From Chiloscyllium plagiosum (lineage: Eukaryota), in contig NC_057711.1 in NCBI RefSeq assembly GCF_004010195.1, positions 133,071,335-133,134,103 of the forward strand: DNA of 62,769 bases, read 5' to 3'. The position numbers and the translations under genes were made by a program. Within the stretch, counting starts at the first letter, position 1. The number at the start of each line of letters is the position of its first letter. This document shows positions 52,380 to 62,769 of this stretch, one piece after another. The notes beneath the pieces were generated by a model that was not told the origin of the DNA, ran no database searches, and saw only the letters and a list, made by a program, of their open reading frames with translations.

Positions 52380-52627
52380 TTAGATTAAATTAGATTACTT
52401 ACAGTGTGGAAACAGGCCCTTCGGCCCAACAAGTCCACACCGCCCCGCCGAAGCGCAACCCACCCGTACCCCTACATTTACCCCTTACCTAACACTACAG
52501 GCAATTTAGCATGGCCAATTCACCTGACCTGCACATCTTTGGATTGTGGGAGCCTGAGACGGGAATTGAACCCGGGTCTCTAGCGCTGTGAGGCAGCACT
52601 GCTAACCACTGTGCCACCGTGCTGCCC
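52380..52627 (-). mobile_element. HE1 V-SINE, young, with internal deletion
   Basis: CpG-retaining copy with A and B boxes and tail. Confidence 0.9.
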
Positions 52628-55600
52628 AATAGTAGCTATTGTTTCCCCCAGACTGACCTTTATGCATTCCTTTGTCTGTCCAGCTGTTTTTCTCTCTCTC
52701 TCTCCAACTTCCATCTCCACTTACTGTCTACTCCAACCCCCACACTGGCACACCACCACAATATATTTACCAACCTTTCCCCAACTACAACCTGTGCTGA
52801 TGAAGGGTCACTGGGCCATAAATGCAAACTCTATTCTCTCGCTTCAGATGCTGCCAGGCTTGCTGAGTTTCTCCAGTAATTTCTGTTAAGGGGCAGATTA
52901 CTTAACATTGATAGATGCAATCATTAATGCATGATATTTCAGCAACTATGCTATTTGACGTATGTAACATAATTCAATCCAGAGTTAGGAACCCCATTTC
53001 GCCAATTTCCAATCGTGCTTCAACATTTAATTCAAAATATTCAGAATAGAACTACAGGTAATGTTTCAGATCGTGAAAATCTGACTATAAGTGAATTGTC
53101 TTTAAACCACAATATCTCAACTATATTACACAGATTTCTATATTGTAAATTCTACACTGTGTTCCTTAAAGATAAATAAAATATGAAATAGAGCTGCAAA
53201 ACAGCAAAAATAAACTGGCTGGAAGGGTCAAGTCAGACATCTGTGTCTCTGCCAACCAACATCTGCTGTCAGGTATCATCACTGCAACTCTCTGACATAT
53301 GTGCAGCTTTTCATATTGACCAGAATGATTCAATAGATAATCAGATAAAAGATGGCCATATCCAACTTCAAAGGCTTTAGGAAAACCATATGAAACTGGT
53401 TATATGTAACACAATATTTTTGCAGCGCTGAAATGATAGGACAATTTTCAGATAAGTGCCATTGTGCACTGAAGCATTTGGATCTGAAGTTCACAGATGT
53501 GTTCTTTAATTTATGGAAGCTGTTTGAAGAAGTCTGAATACCTAGCTTTCAATCTGTCTTATTTAAACTTCAGCCTATTGGGTTTTCTAAGGAATATTTC
53601 CTCTTTTGATGATAAAATATGCCTACTCTCATCAGGCAACTGTTATGAAAATAACTCAAAACAAAGTCAGCAGTGTGTTGGATTATTTTTGTCACTAAGA
53701 TTTTAGTTTGTGAATGTAATTACATGGGCAATCTCTTCAAGTCGCCCTTCTACCATTACTGTTTTATTGCTGGATGTGCAGGTGAAGTTATAAAGATTGT
53801 CTATAAACATAGGGGTGTTTAAGTGTTCAACCTTAAATAGTACCATAATCACAATTTCCTGCCTTTCACAGCCAGCTCACAATTCAATATGGGATATTAC
53901 TTAGCCAACAATTATGCATTAAACTAGAATAATTAGCTGCCTCAGAACTGGCTTAGTTATTCAGAACATAAACAGCAGGATATTAATTTTTAAGTCATCT
54001 ACAAAGGGACCCTGGTAAGTGTCATGATTTTAAATCCATGGGCTGGTGTTATGTTCCTGTCTTTTCTCAGTTAATGAGTCGGTATCCCTTCATGTTGAAC
54101 GTAACATAGAAAGTGCAACAATGAGCTGAATTCTGTGGATGTGATGTGACTCGACTGCTCTTGACAACAATGCAGCATCAAAGAGCTGTAGCAAAACTCA
54201 GTCAATGACAGTTGGGTAAAGTTGTTCACTGGTTGGAGTCATTTTTAGCACAAAGGCGATGAGTATGGTTGTTGGAGACTAGCACCTTAGTCTCACAGCA
54301 TCACTGCAGAATTTTCTCAGGGCAAATATCCTGAGCTGCTACATCAATGACCTCTGTTCCATGATTTTAGAGCTGAAGATGTTTGCCAAAGTTTGCATAG
54401 TACCCATGCATGACTATTCACATTCTGACACAGTCCTTGGTTTTCAGCTTTATGAATTTGTTGCACTAAACTGGTCAGTACCAAACTGAGGTGGCAACAG
54501 CTAAGTAATATGATGAAATAAATCAACATTAATGGAAGATAGAGGAGCTCCCTCTGAAAATTGGATATTTGCAGTTACAGAGCAACTTTACAATCATAAT
54601 CAATTGGCATGTTGAAACATTTAATATTTACACCTTTCAGATAATTTCAACTCAATATTGTAAATACACAATTAATTGTGTTCTGCCCCTCTCACTCTGA
54701 GTAACATTGTTATTCAGTATCATAAACGCAAATGGCTGTGGATATGATGTAAAATAAAATGGAAATGGGTCATTTCTTTATATTTGCTTGTATTCCTATC
54801 AGTGTTCAATCAAGAATTGTTAAGAAAATGACCAAATCCAGTCTCTGTAAATATGGTTTATATTTTCTACTTTCTCTTCCAAAAACTAACTTGTCTTTAG
54901 TTCTAGCCAATGGCTTTCCTTCCCTTTGATAAAACCATCTTATTTAAATTTTAAAAAAGCTGGGAATTCAGTTTTAGGACCTTAATACAATAGTTTTTTC
55001 TTTGGCACAAATATGTCATCTTTTCTCACTTTAGTGTTGTAACTACAATCTTGACAAACTCAATTACTGTCAGCTAAGCTAAATCTCAGCCTGGTCCCTC
55101 CTTTTGTACACAATTACACTTATTCATATGTTCTATAATTAATAGAAAGGGAAAAAAGAGGAGGGAAGAACTGAAGTACTGGAAGGAAATTGGATGAAGG
55201 ATTTATTGTTATAGGTAAGTAAGGATCTACTGACATAAAATATGTAGTGATCTGAGGAGATAAGTGTTTGAGGCTGTGGTCAGTGATGGATATAAATCTA
55301 TTCAAGATGACAGACTAACTCATTCCTCTTACTCCTTCTCATATTCTCCTCATCTCACAACTTTTTCAGATTTGTAACCATGCTCCTCTCGTGCCTGTTA
55401 CCTTTCAGGTACTCAGGAGTACAACCAAGCTTGGCTGTACTGGCAGAGAAAGAGCTGTAATGAAGAAGAAGCTTTTCAAATTAGCTCTCAAACTCTCACC
55501 CATCAACTCAGATACGAACAATGCGTACACATCAGGAAACTACTCTGGAGGGTGAACTATCAGGCTAGTGTAGCCAGGGCAGAATGCAAATGTACTATAG

Positions 55601-56149
55601 TCTTCAGCTTGCTCAAGGAACACACATGGGTTCTGCAGAAAAGAGCTCGATGAGGATGCCATTGGGTCGGCCTATATAAAAAGACAGATGAGTATGAACT
55701 CAGAAATACCTTGTGCAGTGGCAAGCAGCTGAGAAAGCCTGTGTTCAATGTGATGGAGACTGGCGTAGTCTGTCCCAAAGTTGGCACAAAGCTAGAGGAC
55801 CTTTATTTCCAAATTGGTCAACTCTATGAGAACACTTAGGGACCGTTCAGAACACAGAGTCTGTTATCGATGTCTCGGCATCTACTTCTGCAGGACCAGA
55901 GGCCACCCAATGTTAGGAACCTCACACTGATGCCATACAAGGTCAGCTTGCCATGTTAGATGCCAGATGCTGAAACGGGTGGTGGGATGACACAGCGGTC
56001 TTGCTAACTGCCCTGTGACAAATTACTAAGATTACTGAGGTGCAACTTGAGGTTGTACAAGACAAAGGTGAATCATGGCATGTGTTCTGCTGAGTTCAGT
56101 AGGTGATTCAGGTAGTGGAAGCATTACTTAAGCACCACAGTGGCTACAT

Positions 56150-56700
56150 GATAAGACAGCTTTCCTTATAGGAGTGTAGCACTGGAGTCAGGAGAACATG
56201 TGGTCAGTAGGTCTCTATCATCAGTAATCATGGGAAAGAAAACCAGCTTCTTGCAGGTTCTGACAGCCCCAAATGATCTTCCTCTGTTGTCACTGTTTTG
56301 GGGCAACATCAATGTTGATGATAGAACAAATTAGAGTGGGAACCATCCAGCCCTCATCAGTGGAGCCAATTAGATGTGCATCCTCACCCTGATCATGCCA
56401 TTGTTCAACAGCTGCGAGCACCAGGACCATGGGTGTTGCCATGACAACTTTTACTTATCTCTCTGATGGAACAAGGTACTGATTATGATAAGGGTTTGTT
56501 CTCAACATTTTTTCAAGAGTGTGACATTGATGTTGGTTTTCCTAAGCCCTCTCTGCTGATTACGTTTCCCCAGAGCTCTATGTCCTTTCTAGCTTGGGTG
56601 TTGAAATTGTCAAGGAGCATCACCTTAAAAACTGCTGGGACTCATACCAGCTCATGCTGGTGTAAAATTCCACAGTACACTAGTCTCTAGCATCAGTGTA
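56150..56700 (-). mobile_element. Very decayed APE-endonuclease LINE relic (RTE-like)
   Basis: Minus strand VMLLDNFNTQARKD (resembles LGDFNAxVGxD) near 56580-56625 and TDH near 56200. Confidence 0.45.
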
Positions 56701-57464
56701 CTGTTGATGTGTTCACCAGTTCTGGGCAAGGGTGAGCTGAAGGGGTTTGGGGCATTTGTTTACCTCCCCACCCCCACCCTGGCAGGTCAGTTCCTGCCTG
56801 TCAGCTATTACTCTGGTGGTGATGCAAAAGTTAGACGTCTGAGCTCTCGGGCTGTACTAGAATGATCCTGTTGGAGCTGTCTTTTGAGCTCCTGATGTTC
56901 TGGATTCAAGACTTTATCTTGAGACGGTGGAATGTTCCTATCCATGGATTTGTTTAATGTGGCGTGGTACCAGTTGCACTGAGTGAGTCTCGGATCTACA
57001 AGCACACACACTCCTGCTGTACTGCACACTGACAAAGAAAAACATTTCCCCGTGCTCTTGCTGAATAAGGTTGCAGTTCAGATTTTTAAATATTCTTATA
57101 TGCTTCTGTTCTATCCACCAAGTGGAAGGGATAAGGAACCCTCAGGTTGTGTGTCTCAATAGGGATTGAGTTACATCACAGAGACACAGCTGACCTTCCA
57201 ATACTTCCATCTGAAAATGCTAAGAGTGCTTGCTGGATCTTCATACTTCCTGAAGGATTCTTCAGCTGTTGGATGTTGTCAGTAACTATAAGCCCAGTTG
57301 TAATTGGAGTCCAATGGCTTCCATCATTGCACGCAGTGAAAATTGACAACAAAGCCCTCATGTGTGAAATGGTCCTCACTGAAGCTCCTGATTGGTGTAG
57401 AGCTTATTCATAAAGCTCACTCTCTCTGCTTCTCCCTGATAATGGATATTGATGCTTCTTTTTA

Positions 57465-57802
57465 ATTTATTTATGGAATGTGGGCTGGCTGGCTGGCTAG
57501 ATGTATTGTCCATCCCTAATTGCCCAGAGGGCAGTTAAGAGTCAACCACATTGCTGAGGGTCTGGAGCCACATGTAGGCCAGACCAGGTAAGAATAGCAG
57601 TTTCCTTCCTTAAAGGCCCTTAATGAGTCAAATGGATTTTTCCTAACAATTACCAATGGTTTCATGATCATCAGTAGAACCTTATTTCCAGATTATTACT
57701 GAATTCAAATTTCACCATCTGATTTGAACCCGGCTCCCCAGAACATTCTCTGGGTGTCCTGATTAACAGTTCAGTGATAATACCCTAGACCACCAACCTC
57801 CC
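57465..57802 (-). mobile_element. tRNA-derived SINE, same family as 11348-11681
   Basis: B box GGTTCAAATC and shared body and tail. Confidence 0.85.
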
Positions 57803-58444
57803 TGTATTCTACTCTCTTTGTATATGGAGCTCTGGTCACTTTTTTTATGCCATTGGAAGCTATTGCACACTTCAGCCTGGAAGGAGTCTGTTGCATAAAA
57901 GCTCACAATCACTGCCCCTTTCACAGCCACTGATTATACTAGTCTTACCCTGTTTGAGACTCCAGTTGTGTCTACAGCAGGTAGCATCTCGTTAATGAAG
58001 CAGTTTTCTCTCACACTGTTTCTCAATGAGGTTCAGGTAGGCCAATTGCTCTTCAAATACCCTGGGTGGATATGTTCTCCAGTACTTCTCCACTTTTCAC
58101 TTTGATCAATCTGTCCTCTGTGTGTTGTCTCTGCCCATCCTTCTTGTCATGCCATGGGTCAAGATTAATGGACACAACAGCATTTGAGTCTGGAAGCCAG
58201 TGGTCTGTATTGAAAATCTTCAGTCCATCATTCCCCGTAGACTCAGTCACTTTAAATTGGGCTCATAGCAGATTTCACCAGCAAGCTTGAGAGGGCATTA
58301 GTTGAAGCAGGGGTCTCCAAAGTAGTATCACACCCTGATTAACATTATAATCTGCCTACTCTTCACTTTTTAGTGCATTCTAATGCTCCATGTCAGCTGG
58401 GTCTGAGGCAGTACTGTACGTGTTTGTGTGTGTGTGAGTGCGAA

Positions 58445-58722
58445 TGTGCAACGCACCCACCAGCTGGTTTTGCAACAGTTAACACATGCACCAGCTGTTT
58501 TCAAAACAGTTTCTACCCTCCTGTTATTAGAATACTGAATGGACTCACAAACTCTTAACATTCCCCTGTACCTGTGTTTTTTTTGTTTTTGCAGCTGTTT
58601 AGCTATTATTTACTTCTCTGTGCTACTTAACTCTGTGATCTGCCTGTATTGCTCATAAGACAAAGCTATTCACTGTGCCTCAGTACACGTGACAATAAAT
58701 TCAATTCAATTCAATTCAATTC
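58445..58722 (+). mobile_element. Rex1/Babar-like LINE 3' end with (TCAAT)n tail
   Basis: FQNSFYPPVIRILN motif, AATAAA, then (TTCAA)4. Confidence 0.75.
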
Positions 58723-58888
58723 TGTATGTGTGCTGGGTGTGTGTGCTGGGTGTGTATATGTGAGTGTGTCTGTGTGTGGGTGTGCATGAGCTGCGTGTGA
58801 GTGCACACATGTGCGTCTGTGTGCGTGCTGGGTATGTGTGTGTGCCTGTGTATGTGGGTGGATGTGTGTGTGGGTGTATGTGTGTATG
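58723..58888. repeat. Degenerate (GT)n-rich simple repeat
   Basis: Read directly. Confidence 0.9.
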
Positions 58889-61800
58889 CCATTTTTGGGA
58901 ACCAAAGCAGAGTATGTAGCATCAAATATATTGGGAAGATTGGGAAGCGTGCAGAAGCAATTCATTAAGGGTGAGAGGTTTTAATTATCAGTTAAAATGA
59001 AAGACTAGAGAAATTGGGACACTTTTCATTAAATCAAAAAATGTTAAAACATGGTGTGAGATATGTGCTCAATATTATCTTATATCATTTTTATTATTTT
59101 CATCATTAGTGTGTTTGAAATTTGAAAATTTCAGAACACCAGCCCATTGGAGTATGTAACTTGGCAGCTCGAGCCTATTCAGGTCATCAACAGAAGAATG
59201 GAGAGGTTAGAAGATCTTTCTCAAAAATATAGAGAGAAATTAAGGAATCTTATGCCCAGTCAGGAACAATGGAAACAGCAGACTCATAAATAGCTTTAAG
59301 AGTCTATAAATACTTGAAAAGAAACTAAAATGGTCTGGAAAAAGAGCAATAGAATGGGACTCAGTGTTTAATTCTTTCAAAAGAGCGCTTCGTTATCATG
59401 GCTTTAATCACACTTTGCATGTTGTAAAATTATTCCATTTTATGATATTCCCTCTTCATTCCTTTTCCAGCATTTGTTACATAAGGTAATGATTGGGAAT
59501 GGTTAATGTACATTGGCTCAGCCATTTCTGTTGATGTCATGCACAAACTATGGGTTGAGTCAAGGAGTTTTATTTTAACTTTTGGAGTGAGCAGATGTAT
59601 CTGTATCAGCTCTGCAAGGTCCTAGTAATCATGCCTGACCAAATGCAGCTTTGTTTATTTCTGTCATGCAATAAACCTTCTTGTTAACTAAGAAGAATGG
59701 CTCTTCTGCAGATTCTGTACAGTGGTATATCTTCCAACACTAATCAAGCCCAAGACCAGGCAAAGTCAAAGAAGGATTGGTGACAGCAAAGTGCCTCAAA
59801 CAATTCTTGCTCAGTACAACATTCTGGCAGAAATGGCCATTTGGAAAATTCTGAATCTCAACACCACCAATATCCCAGATCCACAGTAGGATCTTTTTCC
59901 AGAGCACCACAATTATGGAGTAATGGTCAGATAAGGTCTAATCCTGCTGAATAAGGAAATATATATTTAAATCTTATAACTTTAAGAAACTGGTTTGTGT
60001 GAAAAAACACTGGATTGATCAGAAACAATGTCTTGTTCACGCATATGCTTTCTTGACTTCACTCAAGTACTGAATCTTCTTACATATGATCATGTTATTA
60101 AGAATGAATGATATTACATTTTTTGGCATCTATCCCTATAAGTTTCTTAATGAAATAATTAAAATTATGGTTTTTGTATTTCCTTATTACTTTAACACTA
60201 TACCAACACAAAGAGAAAATAAAATCATCCATTACTCTGTGGTATTACACGAAAGACAGGGAACTGGAATGATACGATTGTAGCTATTACACATCTTGTT
60301 AATCCTTTTAGAGAAAACAAATTAAATCAAACTAATACAAAAGGGTCAACTGGCATTAGCTCGGATTGTCATGGAGCCCTATAAGTGGATTCTGATTTCA
60401 GACAACAAAGAAAAGAATATGTTCAAAGTTCCTATTCCTCATTGCCATCCAATTACCTTTGACTGAAAACATGCTTATGGGTATCTAAGACAGAAAGTAC
60501 CAGACTTGGCTGTAGCAGCTTCGAATGGTGTGTATGTTGTTCATTCCTCTGACTTGAATGAGTTACTCAGGGCTTCTGTTCCTTATATAACCCCAGAAGG
60601 TCATGGTGAAAAAATACAACAGCTATGTATACTAATAACACAATGTCAATGACATTAAATAAATGTATTAACACCTTTTGTGAACCTGGAGAACCAATCA
60701 TAATTAGCAACAATCTACTGCTCGATACACAATCGGTCAGTGAGGAACTGGAATTTTAACACATTCCTTGCTTGGCTGGCTGATCAACTATTCTGCTTTT
60801 TCTATCAACATGGCAGAATTTCTTTGCTGCGGTTATTAAGCTTGTCAAAACTAATTTGTCAGCCCAACTGTGGACCCTCTTGCATTTGACAGCAGCACCG
60901 GTATCTACCTGCTATGCCAAAAAAACACTGGGCACAGCAAGGCAAGGGATGACAGATTCACAGCAGCACACCGTTTTCACAGGTCAATCTAGTGAACTTC
61001 AAAACTATTGGAGTAAAAGTAATCTCCAGTGTGTGGTATTGCCACAATGGCACACAATGAAGTTTTATTTTACCTAAAATAATGATCCTAACGTCTGTGG
61101 AATGAAGAGCCTTAGAATTGGATCAGATGATTGGAAACAATCACCAGTTCCTGACTCACTCAATAATACTCATTCTTCAATATTTGTCTAATTTCCATAG
61201 ATTTCCAGTTATTCATTTATGTAATGAATGCTGATGGAATTTTCTTTCGCAGCAAAGATTTTTTTGGAAGCAAATAAATGATTCAAAACTTTCCCAATAC
61301 TACCCCTCCTCCCCTTTGTAATGATGTCATTGATTCCACTATCTGTTACATCAGCATTTTTTCCCCCCTCCTTCCTTTGCTAACTGCCACTGAAAACCTG
61401 GCAAACCTGATCTCAGTGGAATTTAGTCGTTTCTCACTGCACTCACAGCCAAAGCCTGCTGAGATGTGAATGTTAAGTTGTTTTCCTTTGTTTCTGCTTT
61501 CGTTGATGCTCTCGAAACCCTGCAATCATTTATGCTGAGGCTATTCTCATATTTCATTCACCCTGCTCTCTGTTCTTCTACAATTCTTGGATGAATCAAG
61601 TTTCATGAATCATTTGAAGCTTCACAAACTTAAGATGTTGCCACAGCATACAACACTAAAATGACATTTTTCAAATAATCCACAAATGGTTAAAAAAAAA
61701 ACTAATGGTCTAATGATTCAGCATGCAACATAAAGCAATTGCAAGTTCTGCAAACACTTTAGAAAACTTGGTAAAAACAATGACTGCAGATGCTGAAAAC

Positions 61801-62157
61801 CAGATTCTGGATTAGTGGTGCTGGAAGAGCACAGCAGTTCAGGCAGCATCCAAGGAGCTTCAACTTGTCTTGTTTCACTTGCAATATGAACATACTGTAT
61901 ATGTGTATCATGATCATACAAATATTTCACAAAGTAATAAAAAACAGAAAGTCAAAGACAAAGTTATTTAATCATATTTTGTTTATAGTTTCTGCTGCTG
62001 TAAAATTCGCACACATGATCTCTAGTGCTGGTAAAGGAATTATGGATTCAAGCACTCCCTAAATTTTCCATTCTTCTGGAATCTTGGGACTTTTAAATTG
62101 ATACTTGGCATTATCTAAGCACTACTTTCCCAGTTCCTTTATATTCTCTGATACTTC

Positions 62158-62378
62158 ATAGAATCATAGAATCTCTACAGTATGGAAGCAGGCCATTCGG
62201 CCTATTGAGTCCATTCTGACTGTCCAAAGAGCATCCCACAGAGATCCTACCTTGTCCCTGTAACTCTGCATTTCCCATGGACAATCCACCAAACCTTCAC
62301 ATCTTTGGAATGTGGGAGGAAACCAGAGCACCTGGAGGAAACCCACATAGACACGGGGAGAATGTGCAAACTCCATAC
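62158..62378 (-). mobile_element. 5'-truncated HE1 V-SINE
   Basis: V-core and (TTCTATGA)-type tail. Confidence 0.85.
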
Positions 62379-62540
62379 TTACCAACCATGGTAAATAGAA
62401 ACATCTGAGTTATAAATTTTCCTTATTAATGACTTAAAAATCTAATTAAAAATTATGCTTTATCCTCTGATTATCTGGCAGAAGTATTAAATGCTATATA
62501 GGTTATAGTTCTGTTGCCTGCTTTGTCTTAATAATATTTA

Positions 62541-62769
62541 AGCTGAAAATGTGTTGCTGGAAAAGCGCAGCAGGTCAGGCAGCATCCAGGGAACAGGAGA
62601 ATCGACGTTTCGGTCATAAGCCCTTCTTCAGGAATGAGGAAAGTTTGTCCAGCAGGCTAAGATAAAAGGTAGGGAGGAGGGACTTGGGGGAGGGGCGTCG
62701 GAAATGTGATAGGTGGAAAGAGGTCAAGGTGAGGGTGATAGGCCAGACGGGGGTGGGGGCGGAGAGGTC
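62541..62769 (-). mobile_element. PLE 3' terminal repeat running off the window, hammerhead motif at ~62600-62635
   Basis: Minus strand ATTC-CTGAAGA-A-GGGC-TTAT-GACC-GAAA-CGTC-GATT, preceded by a pyrimidine-rich tract. Confidence 0.85.

Larger units (their letters stand above)
51470..52887 (+). mobile_element. PLE 3' half (GIY-YIG endonuclease relic plus terminal repeat) with a nested Rex1 3' end and HE1
   Basis: FTCTSFNVVCCIQC...LLYTGDTK is a decayed GIY-YIG motif; decayed hammerhead CTGATGAAGGGTC at ~52797. Confidence 0.8.

Noticed and set aside
52560-52627. tRNA-like sequences with A and B boxes (here and in other SINE heads)
   Set aside because: They are SINE heads attached to V-core and LINE-derived tails, not tRNA genes.
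58711-58965. His/Thr-rich ORFs
   Set aside because: Translation of the (CA)n-rich simple repeat.

Overview
This is eukaryotic genomic DNA, most likely from a cartilaginous fish, judging by the shark-type HE1 V-SINEs, HER1/CR1 LINEs and SacSINE1-like DeuSINE relics. The window lies inside a large minus-strand gene. Two short coding exons missed by the ORF track (23344-23505, 162 bp; 19576-19686, 111 bp) have canonical AG/GT splice sites and encode C2H2 zinc fingers 3-5 of a GLIS transcription factor, best matching GLIS3. The rest appears to be intron, densely filled with nested retroelements: CR1, an L2/CR1-like LINE, Rex1/Babar, RTE, Gypsy relics, a solo LTR, at least three tRNA-derived SINE families and about 20 Penelope-like (PLE) terminal-repeat fragments. 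There are also two minisatellites and several short tandem duplications. The most notable signal is a minimal, dimer-type hammerhead ribozyme in the PLE fragments, with stem covariation visible across families within this window. One copy (20757-20792) has an intact core and is in GLIS pre-mRNA sense. Several PLE insertions are fold-back palindromes that invert at the ribozyme, and two near-identical young copies bracket the zinc-finger-5 exon. The ORF-track entries are either transposon relics or spurious. Exon, hammerhead and target-site-duplication (TSD) coordinates were counted by hand; most other repeat boundaries are approximate.
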